The notes below the pieces were generated by a model. The model worked only from the letters and a program-made list of their open reading frames with translations, searched no databases and was not told the origin of the DNA. This document shows positions 8,021 through 18,201 of a DNA stretch of 40,353 bases, piece after piece. The DNA is taken from positions 1-40,353 of the IMG/VR virus record IMGVR_UViG_3300021387_000033; one strand, given 5' to 3'. The stretch is from a virus. Every line of letters begins with the position of its first letter. Position 1 is the first letter of the stretch. The translations under genes and the position numbers were made by a program.

Positions 8021-8872
8021 ATGGCTATTACAGTAGCAACACAAAAAATATGGCATAAAGCTTACGAACACGCTTTAAAAGAAATTACTTCATTAAGAAA
8101 TCACTGCGATTTTAAATACGAAAAGGATGCACAAAATGCTGATACAGTTTATATCTTAAATGCAGTTAGACCAACAGTACGTACTTATGTACCTGGTACT
8201 GCAATTACTAGAGATGCAGTAGATGCAACTAGACAAGCATTAGTACTAGACCAATTCAAATATTTCAATATTGAAATGGACGACGTATATAAAGCACAAA
8301 CTGTTCCTGGTGCATTAGAAGCATCTGCTCAAGAAGGAGCTCAAGCATTAGCATTAGAAGGAGACAAATATGTAGCATCATTAATCAAAGCTGGTGCAGA
8401 ATCACAAACTGACCCATTAATGTCAACTACAAGAATTACTGCAACAAAAGCAAATTCTATTGATACTATTGAAGAAGCATTTGCAATGTTATACGCAAAA
8501 AATAACAGACCAAATGACTCATATTGGTTAGAAGTTGCACCTTCATTCTACAAATTTGTTAGACCTAATATGATTGAAGTATTAACTAACAACGTAGAAT
8601 TAGCTAAAAATGGTGCAGTAGGAAAATATGCTAACGCATTTGTAGGAATTGATAACTCATTACCTACAACTAAAGTTGGTTCTGGTTCTACTGATGATAC
8701 AGTTTACAATGTATTAAGAACTACTCACGCTATTGCTTTTGCTGAACAAATTAAGAAAACTGAAACTTATAGAGTACAAGACGGATTCTCAGATGCAATC
8801 AAAGCTCTATATGTTTATGGTGCTAAAATCGTAAGACCTGATGAAATTGTAGTAATTCCAACAGCTATATAA
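8021..8872 (+). CDS. Major capsid protein (putative)
   Basis: 283 aa after the scaffold gene, with a strong RBS, followed by an intrinsic terminator. Confidence 0.75.
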   Translation: MAITVATQKIWHKAYEHALKEITSLRNHCDFKYEKDAQNADTVYILNAVRPTVRTYVPGTAITRDAVDATRQALVLDQFKYFNIEMDDVYKAQTVPGALEASAQEGAQALALEGDKYVASLIKAGAESQTDPLMSTTRITATKANSIDTIEEAFAMLYAKNNRPNDSYWLEVAPSFYKFVRPNMIEVLTNNVELAKNGAVGKYANAFVGIDNSLPTTKVGSGSTDDTVYNVLRTTHAIAFAEQIKKTETYRVQDGFSDAIKALYVYGAKIVRPDEIVVIPTAI

Positions 8873-8876
8873 GATT

Positions 8877-8900
8877 AGAGAGGCTTATGCCTCTCTTTTT
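8877..8900 (+). terminator. Intrinsic terminator after the capsid gene
   Basis: AGAGAGGC-TTAT-GCCTCTCT followed by TTTT. Confidence 0.75.
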
Positions 8901-8961
8901 ATCGAGTGGGATAGCGTAGGAGGTGCAATTCCTCCCCTCTCGACTTAGAAGGAGAAAAAGT

Positions 8962-9321
8962 ATGGAAAATGAAAAAAAATTAGAATATTATATTATTAAA
9001 CCAAGTTTAAAACAATTTTACGGAATTAAAGTTAACAAGGATACAAAATTTGATGAAGAAACTGATGATAAAACAGTTAAACAACATTTTGAAAATTTAA
9101 CACTTACAACAACAGTTAATAAAAAAACAGAAGCAAATGAGAATTATCCTTTTGACGTAGAAGAAAATTCTAAAACGGTAGTAAAAATGCCTGAAAATAC
9201 AATATTAATTTGGATACCTGAAGAAGGATTTGTTTTACCTCCATATCAAATGACAAATTTAAGTGGACTAGAGGAAGATATTAAAGACATTAAGAATATT
9301 TATAAAGAATCAAAAGTTTAG
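8962..9321 (+). CDS. Hypothetical virion-module protein (start moved to MENEKK)
   Basis: The supplied ORF starts at 8923 inside a hairpin. ATG 8962 has an AAGGAG RBS. Confidence 0.55.
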   Translation: MENEKKLEYYIIKPSLKQFYGIKVNKDTKFDEETDDKTVKQHFENLTLTTTVNKKTEANENYPFDVEENSKTVVKMPENTILIWIPEEGFVLPPYQMTNLSGLEEDIKDIKNIYKESKV

Positions 9322-9332
9322 GAGGTGTTTAT

Positions 9333-9950
9333 ATGACACTAAAAGAAATGAAAATAAAAGTGTTTTCACTAATTGAAGAATATTATCCTGAATTAAGTGG
9401 ATTAGCTGAAGACGAAGACGTTTTAAATAAAATAAACGGTGTTGTTAATTCGATTCAAACTGATTTAATGAAATATCGTAAACTTCCAGCAAATCAAACT
9501 ATAACTATTGATGATGAAAATGAAAATGTTATAACATTAAGCGAAACAATAACAGACTTATATCAATTAAATAAAATAGTTTTAAAACCAAGTGTAGAAG
9601 CAGTTATTGGCTCAGAAGAAAATTATGAATTAATTGATGACGATACATTAGAAGTAGACCCAGGTTTTAGAGGAGATATTATTGTTTATTATTACAAAAT
9701 ACCAGCTCAATGCCAATTAACATTTGATTCTGATGCTGAAAGAGATGCATACGACGAAGAATTTGAATTTGATATAGATACACCACTATTAGAGATAATG
9801 CCTTATGGAATTGCAAGAGACCTATTAAGATTAGATATGATTTCAAGTTATGGTTCATATTTTGAAAGAACATATAATGAATTAAAATCACAAATTGATT
9901 CAAGAAGAACAAAAGGTATGATTTCTTTTGTTGGGGGAATTGATATTTAA
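9333..9950 (+). CDS. Hypothetical structural protein (205 aa; possible head-tail adaptor)
   Basis: Position after the capsid gene, with a GGAGG RBS. No motif recognised. Confidence 0.45.
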   Translation: MTLKEMKIKVFSLIEEYYPELSGLAEDEDVLNKINGVVNSIQTDLMKYRKLPANQTITIDDENENVITLSETITDLYQLNKIVLKPSVEAVIGSEENYELIDDDTLEVDPGFRGDIIVYYYKIPAQCQLTFDSDAERDAYDEEFEFDIDTPLLEIMPYGIARDLLRLDMISSYGSYFERTYNELKSQIDSRRTKGMISFVGGIDI

Positions 9951-11710
9951 TGGCTAACTCATTAACTTCAATAAGAACAAGAAATTATGCTAATTTTAGG
10001 GGTGTAGATTTTACTGGTGGAATAGTAGCAAATTATCGTTCGCCTGATGCTTTAAATATGTGGAAAAACTATAAAGACGATGACTGTATACAAACAAGAC
10101 CAGGAATGAACTTAATAGGGGAATTTGAAGACCCTATTTATGGTTTATTTTTTTATAAATTAAATAATACAATAATTACATTGGTACATAGTGGTACAAA
10201 ATTGTTTATTTGGAACAATTATCCTGAATCACCAGTTAATAGAACTGAAATAAAGACTGGTTTAAATCCTACTAAATCAAGAGCATTTGTATTTAATCAA
10301 GTATTCTTCTTTATGGACGGAATAAATTATTTAGAATATGACGGAGAAACAATACACGACGTTGAAGGTTCTATACCAACTACTTCATATTGGAAAAATC
10401 CTGACGGAAGTGTTGATATTGATACTTCTACTGATAGAGACTTTGTTAATCAACACGTTAACGTTTTAACTGGTAAGAGAAAAAATACATTTATTGCTGA
10501 CGGAATATCTTCTGAATATCGTTTAGATATTGGAGATTTAGACCAAAATGTACCAGTTAAAGCTGATATAGACGGAGTAATAATCTATGAAGGTGGAGGA
10601 TTAACAGTAGATAGAACAAATGGAATTGTTACATTCGGAGCAGTTCCTAATATTGATTCAAAAGTAGTTATTGAATTTTCTAGAACTGTACCAGGATATT
10701 ATGAAAGAATAGCAAATTGTACTATTTGCGTAGAATTTGATAATAGAATATTCTTTAGTGGAAATCCTGATTATCCTAATTCAGTATTTCATAGTGAATT
10801 AAACGACCCTAGATATGTAAGAGATACTGCATATTATGAGTTAGGAATAGACGTTGCTCCAGTAAAGGCGTTAGTACCTGGAAATGGAGTATTATGGGTA
10901 TTAAAAGAAATGAATCAAAATAGTTCTTCAGTTTATTATATGACTCCTACAATAGATATGAGTTATGGAGACGACCATAAAATATATCCTTCAAATAATG
11001 GAAATATATCTTTAGGTTGTGTATCAACTGGAGTAAACTTTAATGACGATATAGTTTTCTTCTCAAATTTAGGGCTTGAAGGAATTGCATCAAGTGCAAT
11101 GTATTCAGAAAAAATACTTCAACACCGTTCAAGTATGGTTGATACTAAAATGGTTAATGAAACTGGATATGAAAACGTTCAAGTAATAGAATGGGAAGGA
11201 TATTTATTATGTTTAATAAATTCTCATATATATTTAGCTGATAAGAGAGCTAAATTTCAAGATAATACTGACGTAGGTTATGAGTGGTTTTATTGGGAAT
11301 TACCTTACTCAATTGACTATATAACTGAATATAGAGGTTCATTATTCTTAGCAAATAATGAAGGACAAATATTTAAATTAGAAGGAACAACTGATAATTT
11401 AGAAGATATTGAATCATATTGGACTACTAGAAGAGACGATTTTGATTTACCTTCATATACAAAAACAACTTCTAAAAAAGGTTGTACTATTAGATTTAAA
11501 CAAATGAATAATGATAACATTTCAATTACTTCATATTTGGACGGAGTAGAAAAAAAGACTAAAGTATTAGTAGACGAAAAAGGATATGGAGTATACAAAG
11601 TAAAAAATAAGAAATTTAAAGAAATACAATTTAAAATAAGTTCAGACGAACCTTTTGGATTATATGATTTTACAATTCAAGGATTTGTCGCAGGATATGT
11701 AAAGAGGTGA
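9950..11710 (+). CDS. Putative tail/virion structural protein (586 aa)
   Basis: Size and position in the structural module. No motif recognised. Confidence 0.4.
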   Translation: MANSLTSIRTRNYANFRGVDFTGGIVANYRSPDALNMWKNYKDDDCIQTRPGMNLIGEFEDPIYGLFFYKLNNTIITLVHSGTKLFIWNNYPESPVNRTEIKTGLNPTKSRAFVFNQVFFFMDGINYLEYDGETIHDVEGSIPTTSYWKNPDGSVDIDTSTDRDFVNQHVNVLTGKRKNTFIADGISSEYRLDIGDLDQNVPVKADIDGVIIYEGGGLTVDRTNGIVTFGAVPNIDSKVVIEFSRTVPGYYERIANCTICVEFDNRIFFSGNPDYPNSVFHSELNDPRYVRDTAYYELGIDVAPVKALVPGNGVLWVLKEMNQNSSSVYYMTPTIDMSYGDDHKIYPSNNGNISLGCVSTGVNFNDDIVFFSNLGLEGIASSAMYSEKILQHRSSMVDTKMVNETGYENVQVIEWEGYLLCLINSHIYLADKRAKFQDNTDVGYEWFYWELPYSIDYITEYRGSLFLANNEGQIFKLEGTTDNLEDIESYWTTRRDDFDLPSYTKTTSKKGCTIRFKQMNNDNISITSYLDGVEKKTKVLVDEKGYGVYKVKNKKFKEIQFKISSDEPFGLYDFTIQGFVAGYVKR

Positions 11711-11714
11711 TAAT

Positions 11715-12803
11715 ATGGCAATGGCATTAAATCAAGAAGAACAAAATAGAGTAAATAATGTTTATAATGAAAGAGAAAAAGCATTATCTGAAAACAATCA
11801 ATTATATGGCGATTTGATGAATCAAGCTGGTGAATTAAAAAATCAACAAAACGCATTTTTAGCACAACAACAACAAACTCAAAATGATATATTAGATAAA
11901 CAATTAGCAAATCAAGGAAATTTAATTAATCAACAAAAAGAAGAAGCAAATAGAAATCGTAGAGTAGAAGCTGGAAAAGCAATGAACGACTATAATGCTT
12001 ATGTAAATCCTTATGGAATACAAGCTGAAAGACAAGCAAGTGCTGGTCTTACTAATTCAGGAGTTAGTGAAACTTCTAAATTAGGTGCTTATACTTCTTA
12101 TCAAAATAGAGTTGCTAACGCTAACGCTAATTATCAAAAAGCAGTAACACAATATGATAATGCTATGAACGAAGCAATGTTAAATAATGACGTTCAAAAA
12201 GCACAAAATGCGTTAAATATGTTAAAATTACAATTAGAGAATAATCAAGATTATTATTCAAATATTTCTTCTTTATCTCAAGCAAAAATGAAAAATGCTC
12301 AAAGTTTAAGAAGTGAATATAACGACCAATATAATACAGTTTATAATCAAATTATGAACGAACAAAAACAAGCTGAAGCAATTCGTCAATTTAATGAAGA
12401 AATGGCATTTAATAGAGATAAATATAACGAATCTATTAGACAATATAATGAACAAATGGCTTTTGATAGAGAAAAACAAGCCGAAGCTATTAGACAATTT
12501 AATGCAGAACTAGCACTTTCGAAAAAAAAATTAGCTAGTGGTGGTGGTTCTGGTGGTAAAATAAAGTTAGATAACCCAAAAATAAATAGTGAACCACAAA
12601 ATGATGATACTCAAGTTCATAAGTTAGGAAATGAGTATTTATCAGAAAAAGGAGAAAAATGGAGATTAAACGAATTCAATGCTTGGGATAATTACACTAA
12701 ATCTGATTTAGATTATGTAATTAAAAAAGCATTAGACGAAGGAAAAATAACAAAACAAGACGCTGTTAGCGTATACGCAATGTATGGAATAACTTCTAAA
12801 TAA
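11715..12803 (+). CDS. Q/N-rich coiled-coil virion protein with internal repeats (362 aa)
   Basis: The segment QAEAIRQFNEEMAFNRDK is repeated as QAEAIRQFNAELA. A GGGSGG linker is followed by a C-terminal globular part. Confidence 0.45.
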   Translation: MAMALNQEEQNRVNNVYNEREKALSENNQLYGDLMNQAGELKNQQNAFLAQQQQTQNDILDKQLANQGNLINQQKEEANRNRRVEAGKAMNDYNAYVNPYGIQAERQASAGLTNSGVSETSKLGAYTSYQNRVANANANYQKAVTQYDNAMNEAMLNNDVQKAQNALNMLKLQLENNQDYYSNISSLSQAKMKNAQSLRSEYNDQYNTVYNQIMNEQKQAEAIRQFNEEMAFNRDKYNESIRQYNEQMAFDREKQAEAIRQFNAELALSKKKLASGGGSGGKIKLDNPKINSEPQNDDTQVHKLGNEYLSEKGEKWRLNEFNAWDNYTKSDLDYVIKKALDEGKITKQDAVSVYAMYGITSK

Positions 12804-12815
12804 TAGGAGGTAATT

Positions 12816-15800
12816 ATGACTAAAAAAAAGTATGATGAAGATTTAGAAAATATATTTAACGGTAAATATAATTATTCTAAATATGAGGTAGAACAAAAAG
12901 AAGAAAGAAAAAAAAGTTTAAATGAACTGGAAGAAGAAAGAAATTCAAGAAATTCTTTATTAAAGATATCTCAAAATAAACTTCAAGAAGATTTAAATAA
13001 AAAGAATATAAATGGTAGAGTTTTTGGAAAACATATAGAGGCTGAATCAGCACCTTCTAGAAATGAATTAAAAGTAGGAAACAAGTTTGCAGAAAGTGAA
13101 AATGATAATACCTCATCATTAAAAACAAGACCTTATGACAAAAACGCACTATTAAAAGACGTTGAATCAGTAAAAAAAGTAAGACAATATGGAAATAATG
13201 AAGAAGAACAAAGCCTTATAAAGGACGTAAAGAAAAAATGGAGTGATAGAGCCTACGCAATTTCTGATTATGAAACTGCAAAAGCAATTCAAGACGAAGA
13301 AAATATGAACCCAGTTAGTAGACTTGGATATAGTTTATATAGTGGAGGTAAAAGTCTTTTTAAATCATTTGTAAGAGGAGATTTACAAACCGAAGACGGA
13401 ATAACATTGGATAGTTATAACGATGCTATAAACTCAAAAATGGGTCAAAGAAGTAAAGTGTATCAAATACCTTCAGAATTAGGAAAAGAAGTTGTAAAAT
13501 CTGGTTTAAATAAAGTTGTTCCTGGTTTAGGAACAGCATTATATACAACCGATATAATGCAAAGAACATATAATGACGCTAAAAAAGAAGGATATTCAGA
13601 CAATTCAGCAATATTATATGGTTTACTTGTTGGTGGTATGGACTATGCTTTAAATAAAATAGGTACTGACGTTTCAACTAGATTTGCTAAAGGTGGTGTA
13701 AGTTTAGATACAAAACAAACAATTTTAGAGAATTTAGTTGATAAAGGTTTAAAAAAAGTTATTAAAAATAAAGCAATGGAAAATATTGCTACTTCATTTG
13801 TTTCAAACGGATTAGAAGAATGGTCTCAAGAATATATTCAAGATTTCTTGAAATATTATTCATTAGACGTTTTAGACAAAGGAGCAAGTGCTACCCCATT
13901 AGACTTTATTAAATCCGAAAAAGAGTCTGACGTAAATCAAAGAGCTATCGAATCATTTATTGTAGGTGGTTTTGTTGGTGGAATTGGTGGAGGTTTTGGA
14001 GAATTAAATCTTACAAAACAACAAAGAAATACACAACAAGCAATATATGATTATGAAAGACAAACAGGACACGAATTATCAAACGCAAACCAAAATACAA
14101 TAGCAATGATAGCAAAAACTTATCAAGAAAATGTCAAAAGAACTCCAAACTCAAAAGAAATACTGGATACATTTAAAAACATAAGACAATCGCAAATAGA
14201 TACATTTCAAAAACCTGCTTTAGAAATGTTTACCGATTTAGACGAAAAACATAGAACCGAGTATAACAATTTAGTAAATGACGTATCACAAATAATTTAT
14301 GATACAGGAATAAATGTTAAATTTGACCCAAATCAACAAACTGTAATAAATTCAGAAAATGGAACAATAATATTAAACCCTACATTAACTGATATGCCTA
14401 TTAAAAATGTGCTTTTACACGAAATTTCAAAACAAACAGCAGATAATGATACAAAGAATTATATATTAAATAAACTAAAAAAGGACGGAGTTTATGAAAC
14501 ATATAAAAATGAATTGTTAGCAACTGGAGAATTTGATGAAGCAAATGTTGACTCTGAAATAGTAGCTCAAGAATTAGATGCTATTTTCCAAAACGAAAAC
14601 GAAATTAAAGAATTAGCACAAAAAGATAAAGGTTTATTTAATAGCATTAAAGATACATTTAATACATTAACTGGAAAACTAACAAATAACCGTAATACAA
14701 AAGACGCTTTATATTTTAGAGAAATAAACGATAGAATTAATAGTTTATATGGTAAAGGCGATTTAAACGATTTAAACAAAATTTCTAAAGAAACAAAGAA
14801 TAATACCAAATATGAAGAAAAACCTCTAGAAATCGATAAAAATGGTGCTACAGTTGATAATAAGCAACAACAACTAGATATTATTAACAAATCAAACCAA
14901 GCACCAAACGAAACAAACACTTGGATAAGAAACAAAGAAGATATAAAAACATTTAAAGAGGCTTATGATACTGCTAAAGCAGAATCAGAAGACGGTGGTT
15001 GGGAAAATTATGCAAGTTATCCTGATATAACTAACGAAATGGTTGATAAAGCGTTAGAAACAGGAAAAATAACAGTATATAGTTCATATCCAATAGAAAA
15101 TGGTGTATTTGTAACACCTTCTTATCAACAAGCGTTAGATTATGCAGGTAACGATAAATCTAAAGTAAATTCAAAAGAAGTAAATTTAGACGACATTGCG
15201 TGGATAAATCTTGATGAAGGACAATATGCTAAAGTGGAATCACAATCTAAGCAAGAGATTGAAAAACAAACAGTTGAAAAAGAAAAAAAGAAAAAAATAC
15301 TATCTCCTACTGAAATAGCAAATCTTAAACCTGAGGATGCTAATATGACACCTGAATTACAAAAAAAGAAATATAATAAAAAAGGCGACGGAGAAAGTAA
15401 GCAAGTAGAAACGTTATTAAAATCAAATTTATTTACTGACGAACAAAAACAAAGGATAATAAAAGACGAAGAATTTAGAAAATATGATAAAATAACTAAT
15501 AAAGAAAGTTTGGATAAAGCATTTGAAAAATTAAAAAATGGTGGTCAATCAGAAACTTTGAGGTGGTTTAATAATAAAGAAAATGCTGATGCAATTGATA
15601 TGGCTGAAGGTGCTATATTAATGAAAATGTATGCTGATAATGGTATGAACGACCAAATGGTTGAAGTCGCTAAAAAATTTCGTGATATGAAAACAAAAAC
15701 AGGTCAAGCATTACAAGCAAGTAGCATATTATCTCGTATGACACCTGAAGGAATGGTTGCGTATGCTCAAAGTGAATTAACTGAAGCATATAACGAATTA

Positions 15801-18197
15801 GTCAAAACAAAATCTAAAGAATGGGTAGATGAAAATAAAGATAAGTTTGATTTAACTACTTCTGACGTCGACTTTATTATGGATACAATGGAAAAAGTAT
15901 CAAAAATGGAAGACGGATACGAAAAAAAAGTTGAGTTAGCAAAAATTCAAAAATTAATGAGTGATAAGATTCCACCTACAATTAGTAAATCAATAAAAGG
16001 TTTTATGAGAATCTCAATGCTATTTAACCCAAAAACACAAGTAAGAAATGTATTAGGAAATACATTAATAGCTCCAGTTAATTTAGTAGGAGATATTGCT
16101 TCATCTGTAGCTGATAAAGCAATAGCAAAAAAGACTGGCGTAAGAACAACAGGTACAGCAGATATAAAATCAATGTTAAAAGGTTTTAAAAAAGGTGCTT
16201 ATGAAGCAACAAACGATTTTAAATTAGGTATAAATACAAAAGATATGAACGGTAACAAATTTGAAATTGGTGAAGGTAAATCATTTAGTGATAAATACGC
16301 TATTGGTAGAGGTTTGAATAAAGTAGAACATTTATTAAACTACACAATGGACATAGGCGATAGAGTATTCTATGAATCTTGGTTTGAAAATTCTTTAGCA
16401 AATCAAATGGCATTAAATAAAGTAGATACTCCTACTCAAGAAATGATAGACATTGCGACAACTGAAGCATTGCAAAGAACTTGGAATGATAACAATAAAT
16501 ATACAAAGTTTGTACTTGACATAAGAAAAGGAATAAATAGCGTTCTTGGTGGAGAAGATTATGGTTTAGGTGACGTGCTTATACCATTTGCAAAAACACC
16601 TGCAAACTTAACAAAAGCAATTGTTGATTATTCTCCTGTTGGTATGGTAAATGCTTTAGTTCAAGGAAATAATTTGAAAAAAGCAATTTCTAGAGGAGAT
16701 ATGACACCACAACAACAACATAAATTTGTTCAAACATTAGGAAAAGCGACTGCAGGAACTATGTTATATATTTTAGGATATGCGTTAGCAAAAACAGGAG
16801 TTTTAACTGGAAAAGACGATGAGGATAAAGATACAAAGAACTTTATGAAAAATGTTTTAGGAATTAATCAATATTCAGTAAAAATTGGAAATACTTCGTT
16901 TACTTATGACTGGGCTCAACCAATATCAGCACCGTTTGCAATGATGACTAATTTAGTAAATAGTAGAAATAAAGAAACAGCATTGTTAGAAAGCGTTGTA
17001 GCATCATTAGACACTGCTGGAAGCATTTTATTAGAACAGTCATTCTTACAAAGTATAAACGAAGTATTAACTGATAATAATGGTGTTGTTTCAGGATTAT
17101 TAAATGCCGTATTAGATTTACCAGCAAGAGCAATTCCAACTTTATTTAAACAAGTTGCAGATTTAGCAGACCCAGTTCAAAGACAAACATTTGAATATGG
17201 AAAGCCATTACAAACTGCAGGAGAAAAAATGTTGGTTAAGATTCCTGGAGCAAGTAAATTATTATCTCCTAAAGTAAATACTATGGGTGAAGACATATTA
17301 AAATATGGTGGAAAGAACAACGTGTTTAATGTTATGTTTAATCCAGCAAACGTAAATAAGGAAAATGTTAATGAAGTAGGACAAGAAATATATAATGTTT
17401 ATAAGTCTACTGGAAAAAAAGACGTTATGCCTAGAGTTGCACCATATTATATAAACAAGAAAAATGGTGAAAAAGTACAACTAAGTTCTTCTCAAATAGC
17501 AGAGTTCCAAAAAATGGAAGGAAAAGAAATAGAAAATAATATTAAAGATATAATGAAAAATTCAAACTATAAGAATTTAAGCAACGAAAAGAAAGCTGAA
17601 TTAATAAAAAATATAGTAAATTATTCATATAATTTAACTGAAAATAAAATGTTTGGAATTGAATTGTCTTCATCATATAAAACAGTAGAAAACGTTAAAG
17701 AAAAAGGTGGAGATATTGGAGAATATTATTTATACAAAGCACAATTAGGTGAAAAAGATAGTGAATATACAAAAAGAAAAAAATTGAGATTATCTAATAT
17801 TTCTAAAAAAACAAAAAGTGCTATTTACGAAGCATCAGTTGACAACGATAATGAAAAAAATACATATAATTTATATAATGTATTGAAAGAAAATGATATA
17901 GGTATAAATGAATATTTAGATTATTTAAGTATAGAGTTTAAAGGAGATAAAGACGAGAACGACGAAACAATTAGAGGTAGTAAAAAAAATAAAATTATTG
18001 ATTATTTGAACAATTCTAATTTAACTTATGTACAAAAATTATTGATTGCAGGAAGACAATTTACATTGGGAAATGAAGAACAAGAAATTGTATTTAATTT
18101 AATTAATAACTCTAATTTAAGTAGTAAAGAAAAAATGGAGTTATTAGATTCATATAACGGATTTAAAGTTGATAAAAATGGAAATGTAAGGTGGTGA
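12816..18197 (+). CDS. Giant virion-associated protein (1793 aa; ejection/polyvalent-like)
   Basis: A single uninterrupted ORF in the structural module, taking the place of a tape measure. No catalytic motif identified with confidence. Confidence 0.5.
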   Translation: MTKKKYDEDLENIFNGKYNYSKYEVEQKEERKKSLNELEEERNSRNSLLKISQNKLQEDLNKKNINGRVFGKHIEAESAPSRNELKVGNKFAESENDNTSSLKTRPYDKNALLKDVESVKKVRQYGNNEEEQSLIKDVKKKWSDRAYAISDYETAKAIQDEENMNPVSRLGYSLYSGGKSLFKSFVRGDLQTEDGITLDSYNDAINSKMGQRSKVYQIPSELGKEVVKSGLNKVVPGLGTALYTTDIMQRTYNDAKKEGYSDNSAILYGLLVGGMDYALNKIGTDVSTRFAKGGVSLDTKQTILENLVDKGLKKVIKNKAMENIATSFVSNGLEEWSQEYIQDFLKYYSLDVLDKGASATPLDFIKSEKESDVNQRAIESFIVGGFVGGIGGGFGELNLTKQQRNTQQAIYDYERQTGHELSNANQNTIAMIAKTYQENVKRTPNSKEILDTFKNIRQSQIDTFQKPALEMFTDLDEKHRTEYNNLVNDVSQIIYDTGINVKFDPNQQTVINSENGTIILNPTLTDMPIKNVLLHEISKQTADNDTKNYILNKLKKDGVYETYKNELLATGEFDEANVDSEIVAQELDAIFQNENEIKELAQKDKGLFNSIKDTFNTLTGKLTNNRNTKDALYFREINDRINSLYGKGDLNDLNKISKETKNNTKYEEKPLEIDKNGATVDNKQQQLDIINKSNQAPNETNTWIRNKEDIKTFKEAYDTAKAESEDGGWENYASYPDITNEMVDKALETGKITVYSSYPIENGVFVTPSYQQALDYAGNDKSKVNSKEVNLDDIAWINLDEGQYAKVESQSKQEIEKQTVEKEKKKKILSPTEIANLKPEDANMTPELQKKKYNKKGDGESKQVETLLKSNLFTDEQKQRIIKDEEFRKYDKITNKESLDKAFEKLKNGGQSETLRWFNNKENADAIDMAEGAILMKMYADNGMNDQMVEVAKKFRDMKTKTGQALQASSILSRMTPEGMVAYAQSELTEAYNELVKTKSKEWVDENKDKFDLTTSDVDFIMDTMEKVSKMEDGYEKKVELAKIQKLMSDKIPPTISKSIKGFMRISMLFNPKTQVRNVLGNTLIAPVNLVGDIASSVADKAIAKKTGVRTTGTADIKSMLKGFKKGAYEATNDFKLGINTKDMNGNKFEIGEGKSFSDKYAIGRGLNKVEHLLNYTMDIGDRVFYESWFENSLANQMALNKVDTPTQEMIDIATTEALQRTWNDNNKYTKFVLDIRKGINSVLGGEDYGLGDVLIPFAKTPANLTKAIVDYSPVGMVNALVQGNNLKKAISRGDMTPQQQHKFVQTLGKATAGTMLYILGYALAKTGVLTGKDDEDKDTKNFMKNVLGINQYSVKIGNTSFTYDWAQPISAPFAMMTNLVNSRNKETALLESVVASLDTAGSILLEQSFLQSINEVLTDNNGVVSGLLNAVLDLPARAIPTLFKQVADLADPVQRQTFEYGKPLQTAGEKMLVKIPGASKLLSPKVNTMGEDILKYGGKNNVFNVMFNPANVNKENVNEVGQEIYNVYKSTGKKDVMPRVAPYYINKKNGEKVQLSSSQIAEFQKMEGKEIENNIKDIMKNSNYKNLSNEKKAELIKNIVNYSYNLTENKMFGIELSSSYKTVENVKEKGGDIGEYYLYKAQLGEKDSEYTKRKKLRLSNISKKTKSAIYEASVDNDNEKNTYNLYNVLKENDIGINEYLDYLSIEFKGDKDENDETIRGSKKNKIIDYLNNSNLTYVQKLLIAGRQFTLGNEEQEIVFNLINNSNLSSKEKMELLDSYNGFKVDKNGNVRW

Positions 18198-18201
18198 TTA
18201 A

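Noticed and set aside
9679-12497. Minus-strand ORFs 9679..9912, 11317..11598, 11677..11910 and 12306..12497
   Set aside because: They lie antisense inside structural genes, with no RBS and shadow composition.
14567-14935. 122-aa minus-strand ORF (similar cases at 16948..17139 and 17298..17480)
   Set aside because: They lie antisense inside the 1793-aa gene. They are AT-rich shadow ORFs without an RBS.
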